Origin: Planctomycetota bacterium
GTDB taxonomy: Bacteria > Planctomycetota > Brocadiia > Brocadiales > Bathyanammoxibiaceae
Length of the DNA stretch: 64,000 nt
Assembly: GCA_023261505.1 (NCBI GenBank)
Contig: JAHFOV010000003.1
Span: 3,911-67,910 of the forward strand
Direction of reading: 5' to 3'
A program made the translations under genes and the position numbers. The notes under the pieces are model-generated. The model made no database searches. It was not told the DNA's origin and saw only the letters and a program-made list of their open reading frames with translations. Shown here piece by piece: positions 43,312 to 53,818 of the stretch (its first letter is position 1; each line of letters begins with the position of its first letter).

Positions 43312-43845
43312 CTAGTGGGGCGCCGCAGAGGTTTCCTTTTTAGGCTCCTTACTTACCCTGTCCAGTATGCGAAGCATAAGGGTATTATAATCAGAGAGTT
43401 GAGTCCTGAGTTTTTCCAGCTCTGCATGCATTTCTTCCTTCGTTTTTTTGGAATCCTTATTTGCTTCTCCCATAAGAAATTCCAGCATGGAGACCTTATC
43501 CTTTAAGAATCGGTAGTCTCGTTCCAGAGAACTCAGGCGGCTCAAGAGGTCATCGTACAACTCTTGTCTCTCTACAGGAAGCTCCTGAGTTTCTTTAACT
43601 TTTTCTGTCGCCTGAGTAGGTGGGGGAGGTGGAGAGGAAGCTTTGGGCATCGTAACAGGTTGAGGAACGGTTGCTACCTCGCTGGGGGTCTCTTTTTTCC
43701 CTCCAAAGAGGCACCCTGAAAAGAAAAAAACTAGAAATAATGCTAATATTTGTATAGGCTTATTGTAATAAGGCCCTACAAGCTGGGGTGTGGCAGGCAG
43801 GTGGAAAATTCCCTTATACAACAGAAACCTCAAGAGTTTTCTCAC
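43312..43845 (-). CDS. Putative lipoprotein with a Pro-rich linker and coiled-coil C-terminus
   Basis: The lipobox-like segment LALFLVFFFSGC is followed by SSPPPPPTQ and then a heptad-like region. The start is ambiguous (GTG 43845, TTG 43833 or TTG 43821). Confidence 0.4.
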   Translation of the reverse strand: MRKLLRFLLYKGIFHLPATPQLVGPYYNKPIQILALFLVFFFSGCLFGGKKETPSEVATVPQPVTMPKASSPPPPPTQATEKVKETQELPVERQELYDDLLSRLSSLERDYRFLKDKVSMLEFLMGEANKDSKKTKEEMHAELEKLRTQLSDYNTLMLRILDRVSKEPKKETSAAPH

Positions 43846-44398
43846 CTTTTAGATACACCTTTTTTACGTACTCTTTACCTCGCAGGAGGGCAAGCTTGTT
43901 TATCTCAAAAAGTGGGGCCTTCCTCCCACTGAGGGAGCTTTTGAGGCAGTCCAAGAACAGCGGTAGAGGAACAAGGTTTTTAACAGTATTGTATGCCCCC
44001 ATCATCACCATGTTAGAAGCTACTACATTACCTAGTTCATTGGCAATTTCTGTGGCAGGGATACGATAGATATTTTTTACCTCCCCAAAGGATTCCGCCT
44101 CTTTGACCAACGAAGAGTTTAGGAAGAGGTGGCTAGAAGGCATTAAATAGTTCTTTAGTTTAAGATACGAGGGTTGGTTCATAACTATAATTGTATCGGC
44201 CTCTTCAACTACGGGGGAGAATATCTCTTCTGTGGAGACAATGAGGTGGTAGCAAGCAGCACCCCCCCTCACCTCAGTCCCATAGGAAGGGAAAAAGGTA
44301 ACTTGTTTACCGTCCAGCATGGCAACCCTTGCCAGGAGTCTTCCAAAGAGCATCATCCCCTGTCCCCCATAACCTATCAATATCATCCTTTCTATCAT
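43814..44398 (-). CDS. 2-oxoacid:ferredoxin oxidoreductase, gamma subunit
   Basis: MIERMILIGYGGQGMM..FPSYGTEVRGG. The ATGA overlap with the beta-subunit stop places the start at 44398. Confidence 0.85.
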   Translation of the reverse strand: MIERMILIGYGGQGMMLFGRLLARVAMLDGKQVTFFPSYGTEVRGGAACYHLIVSTEEIFSPVVEEADTIIVMNQPSYLKLKNYLMPSSHLFLNSSLVKEAESFGEVKNIYRIPATEIANELGNVVASNMVMMGAYNTVKNLVPLPLFLDCLKSSLSGRKAPLFEINKLALLRGKEYVKKVYLKGEKTLEVSVV

Positions 44399-45144
44399 AA
44401 TTCCTTTTTTCCCCAATCCTTAAATACCCCTAAAGGATACGTCTGTGTCATTTTTTCTTCTATGAATTTCAGTGAGTCTACTGGACTCATCCTCCAATAT
44501 ACAGGACATGGGGAAAGTACTTCAATGAGGGAAAAACCCTTTTTTTCTATCTGAGTTTTAAAACCTTTCTTTATGGCCTCTTTGGTTTGTAAGACGTTTT
44601 TGGGGGAGGAAAGAGAGGTTCTTGCTATAAAGCTGGCACCATCCAGGGTAGCCAAGAGTTCACATACGCGCAACGGATAGCCATGGGTTAGGGGGTTTCT
44701 CCCCTCAGGTGTGGTGGTAGTCCTCTGATTCAGCAACGTTGTAGGGGCTAATTGGCCGTTGGTCATCCCATAGATTGCGTTATTTGCGAAAATTACCGTT
44801 ATGTTTTCAGCCCTGCTTGCTGCATGGATTATTTCTGCCATTCCGATTGCCGCCAGGTCACCGTCTCCCTGGTATGAAAAGACAATATTATCTGGGTACA
44901 CCCTCTTAATCCCGGTGGCCACGGCGGGAGGCCTGCCATGGGCCGCCTCGCTCATATCTATATCAAGGTAATTGTAAGCCAGCACAGCGCAACCAACAGG
45001 AGCGAGGCCAATAGTCTTTCCTCTTATGCCCCACTCATCAATTATTTCTGCAAGGAGACGTTGAACAATCCCATGACCACAGCCCGGACAATAATGGGTT
45101 GGTACTCTAAGGAGGGTTTCTGGAGCACGATAAAGGGCCTGCAT
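44395..45144 (-). CDS. 2-oxoacid:ferredoxin oxidoreductase, beta (TPP-binding) subunit
   Basis: HYCPGCGHGIV and GDGDLAAIG (TPP motif GDG). Confidence 0.9.
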   Translation of the reverse strand: MQALYRAPETLLRVPTHYCPGCGHGIVQRLLAEIIDEWGIRGKTIGLAPVGCAVLAYNYLDIDMSEAAHGRPPAVATGIKRVYPDNIVFSYQGDGDLAAIGMAEIIHAASRAENITVIFANNAIYGMTNGQLAPTTLLNQRTTTTPEGRNPLTHGYPLRVCELLATLDGASFIARTSLSSPKNVLQTKEAIKKGFKTQIEKKGFSLIEVLSPCPVYWRMSPVDSLKFIEEKMTQTYPLGVFKDWGKKEL

Positions 45145-45159
45145 AACTTATGTAAACTC

Positions 45160-46302
45160 CTATGGAATAGTAGAAAAATACAATCCTTTGCCCAATTCTT
45201 GAGATATTTCTGACATCTCCAATTCCAGGGTACTCTCTTCTGGGGCAAGGATATTTAACACCTTTTTGATAACCTCTTTGGAAGAAGGAACCCCACCACC
45301 CATACGCCCATAGAAATGGACTGGGCAACGGTTCAAGACGGCCAGTTTTACATCTTCTAACATCTGCCCGGAGCTCATTTCAACCACACAGAAGGCCTTA
45401 GCCTTCTTTGCCAACCTTCTGAGTGGTTCTTTAGGAAAAGGCCATAGGGAGATGGGCCTCAGTAATCCAATCTGTAACCCTGTCCCTGAAATCCGCCTTA
45501 GCGCCTCTTTGCATATCCTGGCGCAGGTTCCGTAGGCTACCAGGATAATCTCAGCCCTCTCGGTGTTTACTTCCTCATAACGAACCTCTTTTTGTTCTAC
45601 TACTTTATATTTTCTTTGAAGGCGTATGTTAAACGCCTCCAACTCCCCCTTCACGGGGTAGAAGGATTTAATTATATTCCTGGCCCTTCCTTCCGCTCCA
45701 GTAACTGCCCACCTCGGAGTCTGCTGAGTCCTGGGTATTTTTTTAAGCTCTACTGGTTCCATCATCTGCCCCAGCTGCGCATCCCCCAGGAGCATGACTG
45801 GGTTTCTGTAGCGATCGGCCAGGTCAAAGGCATCGTAGACCAGGTCTGCAATCTCTTGGACAGAAGCCGGCGCAAGGACTATGGTACGATAATCGCCATG
45901 GCCCCCTCCTTTTACGGCCTGGAAATAATCGGCCTGGGAAGGCGATATGTCGCCGAGTCCAGGTCCACCCCTTTGCATATTTACTATAACACATGGTAGT
46001 TCGCTACCTGCCAGGTAAGATATACCTTCCTGCATGAGGCTGATGCCAGGGCTGGAGGAGCTCGTCATAACCCTAGCCCCGGCGGCGGCACTACCGTAGG
46101 CCATATATATAGCGGCTATCTCACTTTCTGCCTGAAGGAAGGTACCCCCTACCTGGGGCATTCTTATAGCCATGTGGTTTACAAGCTCATTCTGGGGTGT
46201 AATGGGATAGCCGTAGTAGTAGCGGCAGCCTGCCAGGATAGCAGCCTCTGCCGCAGCCTCATTTCCTGTTAGGAGTTGTTTCTTGTTATTCGAGGATTTC
46301 AA
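45160..46302 (-). CDS. 2-oxoacid:ferredoxin oxidoreductase, alpha subunit
   Basis: LLTGNEAAAEAAILAGCRYYYGYPITPQNE is the typical N-terminus. Confidence 0.9.
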   Translation of the reverse strand: MKSSNNKKQLLTGNEAAAEAAILAGCRYYYGYPITPQNELVNHMAIRMPQVGGTFLQAESEIAAIYMAYGSAAAGARVMTSSSSPGISLMQEGISYLAGSELPCVIVNMQRGGPGLGDISPSQADYFQAVKGGGHGDYRTIVLAPASVQEIADLVYDAFDLADRYRNPVMLLGDAQLGQMMEPVELKKIPRTQQTPRWAVTGAEGRARNIIKSFYPVKGELEAFNIRLQRKYKVVEQKEVRYEEVNTERAEIILVAYGTCARICKEALRRISGTGLQIGLLRPISLWPFPKEPLRRLAKKAKAFCVVEMSSGQMLEDVKLAVLNRCPVHFYGRMGGGVPSSKEVIKKVLNILAPEESTLELEMSEISQELGKGLYFSTIP

Positions 46303-46489
46303 TGGCTGCCTCCGGGCACATCACTGCGCAGTGTCTGCATCCGCTGCAGGGATGGCCTTCTTTAAAATAGACCGTTGGGAGCCCATATTCGTTCAAGTTT
46401 CTAGACATATTTAGGGAGTTATACGGACAGAAGGGGATGCAAAGTTCACATCCCTTGCACAGTTCCTTGTCTATCCTAACCATTACCAT
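46286..46489 (-). CDS. 2-oxoacid:ferredoxin oxidoreductase, delta subunit (2x[4Fe-4S] ferredoxin)
   Basis: CKGCELCIPFCP and CSGCRHCAVMCP. Confidence 0.85.
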   Translation of the reverse strand: MVMVRIDKELCKGCELCIPFCPYNSLNMSRNLNEYGLPTVYFKEGHPCSGCRHCAVMCPEAAIEILE

Positions 46490-47312
46490 ATTTTGGACTG
46501 CCTCCCCATGCCAGTTTCTCTCTTAGCACTTCGTAGAAGCTTCTTATCCCGGTATCCACTATCCGAAGGCGGACATCAGCCCTTTCTACCTTTACCCTGT
46601 CACCATTAAGGAGACCCTCATAAAGCTGACCGTCAACGGTAAGGCCCATCTCGACCCCTTCGGTGTAAGGCTCCATCTCTATCTTTGAGTCTCCTGATAT
46701 AACTAAAGGACGATTAGTTAGGGTGTGCGGACATATAAGAGAAATTATAAAAGCATCCATCTCCGGAGAGAGGATGGGTCCACCAGCAGCCAGAGAATGG
46801 GCTGTGGAACCTACAGGAGTAGATATTATGATGCCGTCGCAACTGTAATTAGTTACCTCTTCTTCGTTGATAAACAATTTTACAGATATAAGCCTTGACA
46901 GGGAGGCCCTGGATATTACTGCATCGTTAATGCCAAGGGTCTCTTTTACTACTTTTCCTTCGCGCACTAGCTGACACCTCAAAAGGATTCTGTTAGGGAG
47001 CTTGTATTGACCTTCAAGCACCTTCTCCAAGTGGAGGTACATGTCTTTGGGTGTTAGCTCCGAAAGGAAGCCAAAAGTACCCAGATGTATACCCAGGATG
47101 GGTATTCCGTAAGCACTTATATATCTTGAGACTCTCAGGAATGTGCCATCTCCACCCAGGGCAATGGCCAGGTCTCCGGAAAAAGGTCCTTTCGGCTCTC
47201 CTGCCAGATCGAAGACGACGGTCTCCGCCCTCTTTTTTAGCCAAACTTCTAGTTCCTTTACGGTATTATTGACCCTTGCCTTCCTTGTGTTACCAAAGAG
47301 TAGTAGCCTCAC
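46476..47312 (-). CDS. nadK: NAD+ kinase
   Basis: GGDGTFL motif, and STPVGSTAHSLAAGGPI. Confidence 0.9.
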   Translation of the reverse strand: MRLLLFGNTRKARVNNTVKELEVWLKKRAETVVFDLAGEPKGPFSGDLAIALGGDGTFLRVSRYISAYGIPILGIHLGTFGFLSELTPKDMYLHLEKVLEGQYKLPNRILLRCQLVREGKVVKETLGINDAVISRASLSRLISVKLFINEEEVTNYSCDGIIISTPVGSTAHSLAAGGPILSPEMDAFIISLICPHTLTNRPLVISGDSKIEMEPYTEGVEMGLTVDGQLYEGLLNGDRVKVERADVRLRIVDTGIRSFYEVLREKLAWGGSPKYGNG

Positions 47313-47315
47313 CTT

Positions 47316-49244
47316 TTATTGACGCCTAGCGATCTTTAAAGGATGATAAGACCCTAGACGGTTCCACTCTTGCATGAAACGTTTATATATACCATCTGCA
47401 TCCAGGCCCAGCCCCTCAAGCAGCACCTTCCTTGGACCCTGCTCAATAAAACGATCTGGAATGCCCATCCTGCGGACCTTGCTGGCATCCTCCCCTTCCT
47501 CACAAACCATCTCTAAAACACTTGAACCAAAACCTCCCGCCAGGGTATGGTCTTCTACAGTTAATACAAACGGGTGTTCCCTTAATAGCTCAAGTATTAA
47601 TGCCTTATCCAAAGGCTTGGCAAAACGTGCACTAATAACAGCGGCTTCAACGCCCTCTGCACTGAGCCTTTCTGCTGCCATGTAGGCGGGGCAAACCATC
47701 GCCCCGTAGGCAATGATTGCCCCCTCAGAACCCTCTTTCAACACTTCTGCCATCCCTACAGATAGAGGCCCTGAAGGAAGGTCGATATCTTCATCGGGTA
47801 TATCCTCCTTTGGATAGCGTATGGCAACGGGGCGGTTGCACTCTACCGCTAGTTTTAACATCTGCTTTAACTCTCTTCCATCCTTTGGAGCCATAAGGAT
47901 AATGCCGGGCAGATGTCTAAGATAGGCAATGTCAAATACCCCATGGTGGGTAGGGCCGTCGTTACCCACCAGCCCGGCCCTATCCATGCAGAAGACAACG
48001 GCGTTGTCCCTTTCCTGGAGGCAGATGTCATGGAAGACCTGGTCATACGCTCGTTGTAGGAAAGTGGAATATATGGCCACTACAGGCTTCATTCCAGTGT
48101 ACACCAGTCCGCTAGATAGACCAACAGCATGTTGCTCACATATCCCTACATCAAAGTATCTATCAGGAAATTTTTCTCTGAAGGAAGTTAGGCCTGTTCC
48201 ATCTGGCATGGCCGCAGTGATGGCTACAATTTTAGGATTTGTCTTGGCCAATTCCACCAGGGCCTGACCAAAGACCTTGGTGTAAGAGGTTTTGCTGGAT
48301 TTAGAAGCCTCTACTATCTTTCCATTGCATAGTTGGAAGTCCCCAGCGCTATGGAACTTGGTGGGGTTTTGAGAGGCTGGCTCAAAACCTTTACCTTTTT
48401 GAGTGATAGCATGAAGAAGTACTGGTCCAGAAAGATTCTTTATACGGTTTATTGTGCTAATGAGCAGTGAAATGTTGTGACCATCCACTGGCCCATAGTA
48501 CTGGAAGCCAAGTTCAGTAAATATCTGACCAGGGGTCATGCCCCTTTTTATAGCCTCTACAAGGTGTTCCAGGACGTTCTCCACGGGTCGCCCCAGCACT
48601 GGCAGTATCTTGAGGATGTGGTGCACTTCCTTTTTTAAGTCGTTGTAAAGAGGAAAAGTACGGAGCTGAGTAAAATACTTTGAGAAGGCCCCTACTGTTT
48701 CCGATATTGCCAGTTTATTGTCATTAAGAACCACAAGGATGTCCTTCTTTAGGTCACCCGCATGGTTGAGGGCCTCCAGGGACATCCCAGCTACAATACC
48801 ACCATCACCCACCACTACCACTATTTTGCGATTCTTACCCTGGATGGTATCGCCACAAGCGAGCCCCAGGGAAGAAGAAAGGGCATTTCCGCTGTGACCG
48901 CAGGTAAATGGGTCGTAAATTGGGCTTTCTTTTCTGTCCGGAAAGCCACTTATCCCTTTGTACTGGCGTAGCTTCTGAAAGGCCTCTCTGCGACCGGTCA
49001 GTAATTTATGTACGTAGCACTGGTGGCCTACGTCCCACGTTAACCTGTCCACTTTGAAGTTAAAGCAGTAATGGAGGGCTAAAGTAAGTTCAACCACCCC
49101 AAGGTTGGAAGATAAATGGCCGGGATTCTTTGAGACAACCTCTATAATTGTCTCCCTTATCTCCTCTGCTACCCTTGGGAGCTCTTCTATAGGCAAACGC
49201 TTCAAGTCCTCTGGACTGTTTATCTTATCTAGAAGTCTTGTCAT
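47316..49244 (-). CDS. dxs: 1-deoxy-D-xylulose-5-phosphate synthase
   Basis: LLDKINSPEDLKRL N-terminus, GHSGNALSSSLG, VVVVGDGG and DVGICEQHAV. GAGGG lies 7 nt upstream of ATG 49244, so the ORF-track TTG 49268 is less likely. Confidence 0.93.
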   Translation of the reverse strand: MTRLLDKINSPEDLKRLPIEELPRVAEEIRETIIEVVSKNPGHLSSNLGVVELTLALHYCFNFKVDRLTWDVGHQCYVHKLLTGRREAFQKLRQYKGISGFPDRKESPIYDPFTCGHSGNALSSSLGLACGDTIQGKNRKIVVVVGDGGIVAGMSLEALNHAGDLKKDILVVLNDNKLAISETVGAFSKYFTQLRTFPLYNDLKKEVHHILKILPVLGRPVENVLEHLVEAIKRGMTPGQIFTELGFQYYGPVDGHNISLLISTINRIKNLSGPVLLHAITQKGKGFEPASQNPTKFHSAGDFQLCNGKIVEASKSSKTSYTKVFGQALVELAKTNPKIVAITAAMPDGTGLTSFREKFPDRYFDVGICEQHAVGLSSGLVYTGMKPVVAIYSTFLQRAYDQVFHDICLQERDNAVVFCMDRAGLVGNDGPTHHGVFDIAYLRHLPGIILMAPKDGRELKQMLKLAVECNRPVAIRYPKEDIPDEDIDLPSGPLSVGMAEVLKEGSEGAIIAYGAMVCPAYMAAERLSAEGVEAAVISARFAKPLDKALILELLREHPFVLTVEDHTLAGGFGSSVLEMVCEEGEDASKVRRMGIPDRFIEQGPRKVLLEGLGLDADGIYKRFMQEWNRLGSYHPLKIARRQ

Positions 49245-49539
49245 ATTTTTACCCTCGCTCCGCAGCAAGCGGATGTGCCTTTTTCAAGGCCTTAATTGCT
49301 ACTTTTCAGCCAATTCCTTTTAACTTGCCTTTTATCCCTCACCATTACCCTTTTAGCTACCGCTATATGAGCGTAGTAAGCAAAGCTTACTTTACTTAAG
49401 ACTAAATAAGTTTAGCTTATAACGTGGGCCGATATATTCTAATATCCTTTTCTTATTTTGCAAGAAGATTGTATGCAAGCCAGTGTGTTATAAGTAGAAA
49501 TCTTTCCCAAGGGTGTTACGGTAATATTGAAATTACACA

Positions 49540-50331
49540 TCAGTGGTCCTCATGTACTACAAGTCTTTTAACTTCAAGGGCCTTTCCAGTAGAGGAGTCC
49601 ACAGTAATGACAGCCCCGCTCATCCGTACATCTTTTTCCGCAACTTCAAAACGTGTAGGCATTTGGGTAATAATGGCTTTAAGCACCCTGTTTATGTCTC
49701 TGCCTAATACGGACTTATAAGGACCCGTCATACCCAGGTCTGTAATGTAAGCAGTGCCATTGGGAAGTATTCTCTCATCAGCTGTCTGGACGTGGGTGTG
49801 AGTACCTACTACAGCACTTACCCTGCCATCCAGATACCATCCCATCGCAATCTTTTCAGAGGTGGCCTCGGCGTGCATATCCACGATGATAATCTTGGTC
49901 TTTTTGGAGACCTCCTTTAGAACCTCGTCTACAGCACGGAAGGGACAATCCATTGGCTGCATAAATACCCTACCCAGCAGGTTTATCACACCTACCGGGA
50001 TACCACATCGGCTTTCCACCACTGTCCAGCCCCTACCAAGCGCCATTGGAGAATAATTAGCAGGTCTGATGATACGTGGCTCCGATTCCAGTAGTTGTAT
50101 CACCTCTTTCTTTTTCCATACATGATCTCCGGTTGTTATTACATCCAGACCGCAGGCAAAAAGCTTTTCGGCCACCTCCGGGGTAATCCCGGAGCCTCCC
50201 GAAGCGTTCTCGCCATTTGCTACTGTAAAGTGTATGCCTTCTTGCTGTACGAAGGCCGATAACTGTTTTTCCACAACCTCCCTTCCTGGTCTGCCGACGA
50301 TATCACCCAGGACAAGGGCCTTAAATATCAT
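49540..50331 (-). CDS. ymdB: YmdB-family metallophosphoesterase (2',3'-cyclic-nucleotide phosphodiesterase-like)
   Basis: Near-collinear with my recollection of B. subtilis YmdB: LGDIVGRPGR, NGENASGG, DMHAEATSEK, VVGTHTHVQTADERILP.GTAYITDLGMTGPY. Confidence 0.88.
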   Translation of the reverse strand: MIFKALVLGDIVGRPGREVVEKQLSAFVQQEGIHFTVANGENASGGSGITPEVAEKLFACGLDVITTGDHVWKKKEVIQLLESEPRIIRPANYSPMALGRGWTVVESRCGIPVGVINLLGRVFMQPMDCPFRAVDEVLKEVSKKTKIIIVDMHAEATSEKIAMGWYLDGRVSAVVGTHTHVQTADERILPNGTAYITDLGMTGPYKSVLGRDINRVLKAIITQMPTRFEVAEKDVRMSGAVITVDSSTGKALEVKRLVVHEDH

Positions 50332-50377
50332 AAAGTAACTCTGCGTTGTTTCTTAAAGGGTAAACCACTTCACCTCT

Positions 50378-50866
50378 TTAACCGGTTTTTTTCTTTAATT
50401 TAGCAATTAACTGCTTTTCTACTTCTGGAGGAACAAACTTACTCACATTCCCTCCAAGACTTACCGCTTCCTTTATTAACCTTGAGTTAAGGAATGAATA
50501 TTGCTCGCTTGTCATAATGAAGACTGTCTCTATATCGCTCTTAATGGCACGATTTGTTAGGGCACGCTGAAATTCCTCTTCAAAGTCAGAGACGGTTCTT
50601 ATACCTCTAAGAATAATGTTTGTGCCCTGTTTCTGAAGATAATCTACCAGCATACCAGTAAAGGCCTCTACTTTCACGTTTTTGAGGTGCCGGGTGTGTT
50701 GCTCTAGCATCTTCTTTCGTTCTGCAACAGTAAACAGGGGTACTTTCAAGGGATTTTCACCTATAGCTACTATAAGTTCATCAAAGACCTTGCTACCCCT
50801 CTCAATGATGTCCAAATGACCAAACGTTGGAGGGTCAAAAGTACCTGGATAAATCGCCTTGGTCAT
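50378..50866 (-). CDS. coaD: Phosphopantetheine adenylyltransferase
   Basis: AIYPGTFDPPTFGHLDIIERG. Confidence 0.93.
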   Translation of the reverse strand: MTKAIYPGTFDPPTFGHLDIIERGSKVFDELIVAIGENPLKVPLFTVAERKKMLEQHTRHLKNVKVEAFTGMLVDYLQKQGTNIILRGIRTVSDFEEEFQRALTNRAIKSDIETVFIMTSEQYSFLNSRLIKEAVSLGGNVSKFVPPEVEKQLIAKLKKKTG

Positions 50867-50876
50867 AAGTCTTCTC

Positions 50877-53642
50877 CTAAAAGGAATATCTCCGTCCAGT
50901 GGGACTTTTAAGACCTACGGGTATTATGTCAAACTTAACACTAGTGTTTCTATTTACAACGTCAAAACGTAAAGACAACATACCAATCCAGTCATGAGAG
51001 CGCCTGAATAGATTTAATCCAGTGCCTAGGTTTCTTGTACTTGTAACCCCAGTGGCATCCACTGCCCTTAAATCATATGATTCTGTGAAATTCATACCCC
51101 ATTTGTCTTTCAACACTAAATTTGTGCCAAGTATCACACTGGAACTAATATCCTTAAGAAAGCGGTAGCCTAGGAATTGGGAAAAATTAGGTGAATATTG
51201 GTACTTTACACCAAAGCTAAATATATTGAAAGTTAAATCCTTTAGTTCAAACTCATTCCTCTCAGAGACCAGTTCAATCCTATCAGTAAGTTGTGATTTA
51301 AATTCAGGCTGAATGAAAGTATCTTTCTCGGGAATAAGGAAACCTTCAGCATTACCCACAGTATGGGTTACAAAGCTGTCAGTGTTTTTCGGAGACGGTA
51401 GAACATGCAATTCTAAATTCAAATCTAGCAAGTCTACTGTTTTTAGCATTGAAGGAACTCCCCTGCGGGTCTGCAGGCGGTTTCTAATGCCAATAATAAA
51501 CGAATTGTATGTGTCAAGGCCATCAGCCATAGGGTTCTGTTGAAGGTTTTCGGGGTCTCTTGACGGATAGTACTGGAGAAGCTTATCGGGGTTTTCTGTT
51601 ACAACTGGGCCTGCCTCCCAACGGAATTCTGGTGTAATGATATGCCTTAGTTTGTTTATGTGTAAGAGCTTACTCTCCAGGCTGTAGATACGCCAGAATG
51701 TGGTACTTGCATCCATACCCAGGGAGGCAGCCAGCCTTCCTACAGGTGGTCCATCGTTAGGCCCCTCGCTCCTCAAACTTTTACTGTAGGCAGTTATCCT
51801 GCCCCCCACAAATGGCTTCAAATTCCATATCCAGAGCTGAAAAGGCCAGGCCAGGACATTATTGTTATCCATTCTAAAACTGTTCCCAGTTGTCCTCTGG
51901 AGTTTTGTGAAGAGGGCTGGGGCTCTTGTGTTCAGTTCATCGTCCAGTTTAAAGTCCAGATACCCAAGCTCAGACTGAGAGGTAAAGTTCAACCTGTCTT
52001 CCCAGAGGGGCTGGCTGATTAGCTGGTAACTTAACTGAGGTAAGGCCTCAAGTCCTGTATCAAATTTTTCTATCTGCTTCTTAACGAGAAAGGTAAAGCT
52101 TTTATTATCCTCTAATCTCCTAATATAAAGGTCGGTCTCCTGCTCTTTTCCTTCCTTAAACTCCCTCTCGTAGAATTCCCTTAAGAAGTCCCTATCACTC
52201 AAGAAAGATAATTCCGTATCTGCCCTCCAGTATTCACCCAGTTTCACCCTATCACGCCAGAGGACCCTTCCCCTATTGGGATTCTCTATAGGTTCCTCTG
52301 TAATATTTATGTCATGCTTAAGTTTATCTCTAAGGTAAAAAGTCTCCAGGCTACCTAATATGTTTGGCCTTTTATAATTAAACTCAGACCCGACTGATGG
52401 CCCCCTTTTAGAATAATAGTCGCCCTTAACGACCATGTCGCTCCACCGGTTCAAACCCGAAAGGAAGCCTAGATTAAGGGGGTCCCAGTTGGTAGAAACA
52501 AAGGTGCCTAAACGGCTGGAGCTGCCCGGACTTATCCCCCTAAAAACACCCGGTTTGGTACGAGTACTAAATGTATACTTAGGAAAGTAGGCTACAGGGT
52601 GCTCTCCCACAAGGAAGGTATCTTGCCTTGCTTCAATCTCTGAGTAAGACTCAGTGGGGGTATGCCTCCGCGTAACAGTAACATTACGACTCTTAAAGCG
52701 ATAATGGGGATGACCGAAGCTGCATGTGGTAAAGTAGCAATTCTTTACAAGCATACGATCCTGATCTATCAGTTTAGCCTCTTCTCCTCCTATATAAATT
52801 GGGGTCTTAACCGGCAATGGAATCAGGGTCTTTATTCGCGGGTTTATGAATATACCCTTTTTTTCAGGGAGGTTTTGAAATACCTTATCGGCTTTTATAA
52901 CGTCCTCTTTGGATTGTAAGGTGATATTTCCCTCGGCATAAAGTTCCTTAAATACTTGTTTTTTCTTTCCCTTAAATTCTTCTTGTTCAAACCATAAGAT
53001 TACATTATCGGCCTCTAGCGTGGTATCGTCCCTACGCAGTACCACGTTCCCCAGGGCACTCACTATCCTTTTGTCCCCTTCCACCCAGCTATCTATGTCA
53101 TCGGCTTCTATATCCACTAAACCCGGCTCTTTTGTCACTTGTGGCACTGGTTCCTTTAAGGCAAATTCTCCTTTCCACTGTCCTCTCGCTCTCACTGCTT
53201 GTAGGTAGGACGCTATGGGCTGTTCCTCCTCAAAGGTCTTCACCTTATCAATATAAGGGTTTACCACAAGCCCTGCCGCAGTAGTCAGGCGAACAAGGAG
53301 TTGTTCGTAATGTTGTACATCCTTATCCTGAACTAGTGAGACCTTCCCTTCACAATACACCTCTATTCTTGCTTCTTTCTGTTGTAAGGCCTCCTGTTCG
53401 TAGAACCAAAAGGTGGCATTATCGGCAGTTATTAGAACCTTTCCTTGGGTAATCCACACATCTCCCTGAGCCATGAAGACTCTGACTCCTTCTTTTTGCC
53501 AGGTACTTATATCGTGTGCAGTTATGGTAATAGGAAAAGGAGTTGTCTCTACGGTTATGATCCCTTGAGAGAGGGCTTCAGGTTGAAAAACCAACCAGGC
53601 AAGAAACAGTAAACCTAAAGACGGTACTATCTTCTCTTTCAT
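50877..53642 (-). CDS. lptD: LPS-assembly outer-membrane protein LptD/OstA-like
   Basis: Signal peptide and two OstA-like N-terminal segments (..ITADNATFWFYEQE.., ..LEADNVILWFEQEE..). A long beta-rich C-terminal region ends in the OMP signature ..RRYSF. Confidence 0.65.
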   Translation of the reverse strand: MKEKIVPSLGLLFLAWLVFQPEALSQGIITVETTPFPITITAHDISTWQKEGVRVFMAQGDVWITQGKVLITADNATFWFYEQEALQQKEARIEVYCEGKVSLVQDKDVQHYEQLLVRLTTAAGLVVNPYIDKVKTFEEEQPIASYLQAVRARGQWKGEFALKEPVPQVTKEPGLVDIEADDIDSWVEGDKRIVSALGNVVLRRDDTTLEADNVILWFEQEEFKGKKKQVFKELYAEGNITLQSKEDVIKADKVFQNLPEKKGIFINPRIKTLIPLPVKTPIYIGGEEAKLIDQDRMLVKNCYFTTCSFGHPHYRFKSRNVTVTRRHTPTESYSEIEARQDTFLVGEHPVAYFPKYTFSTRTKPGVFRGISPGSSSRLGTFVSTNWDPLNLGFLSGLNRWSDMVVKGDYYSKRGPSVGSEFNYKRPNILGSLETFYLRDKLKHDINITEEPIENPNRGRVLWRDRVKLGEYWRADTELSFLSDRDFLREFYEREFKEGKEQETDLYIRRLEDNKSFTFLVKKQIEKFDTGLEALPQLSYQLISQPLWEDRLNFTSQSELGYLDFKLDDELNTRAPALFTKLQRTTGNSFRMDNNNVLAWPFQLWIWNLKPFVGGRITAYSKSLRSEGPNDGPPVGRLAASLGMDASTTFWRIYSLESKLLHINKLRHIITPEFRWEAGPVVTENPDKLLQYYPSRDPENLQQNPMADGLDTYNSFIIGIRNRLQTRRGVPSMLKTVDLLDLNLELHVLPSPKNTDSFVTHTVGNAEGFLIPEKDTFIQPEFKSQLTDRIELVSERNEFELKDLTFNIFSFGVKYQYSPNFSQFLGYRFLKDISSSVILGTNLVLKDKWGMNFTESYDLRAVDATGVTSTRNLGTGLNLFRRSHDWIGMLSLRFDVVNRNTSVKFDIIPVGLKSPTGRRYSF

Positions 53643-53818
53643 AAGACCTTCCTTAAACGAGTAAGATTATATCCTCATGTTGACGTGAGTCAAACAAAAA
53701 GTAATGAGTACAACGATGTCTTTATCGCCTGAAAGAGAACCTTCTGAGATGACAAAAACTATTGCCAATAACCCAAAGAAAGTTAAAATAAAGACACCAT
53801 AATTAAAACAAAAAATTT

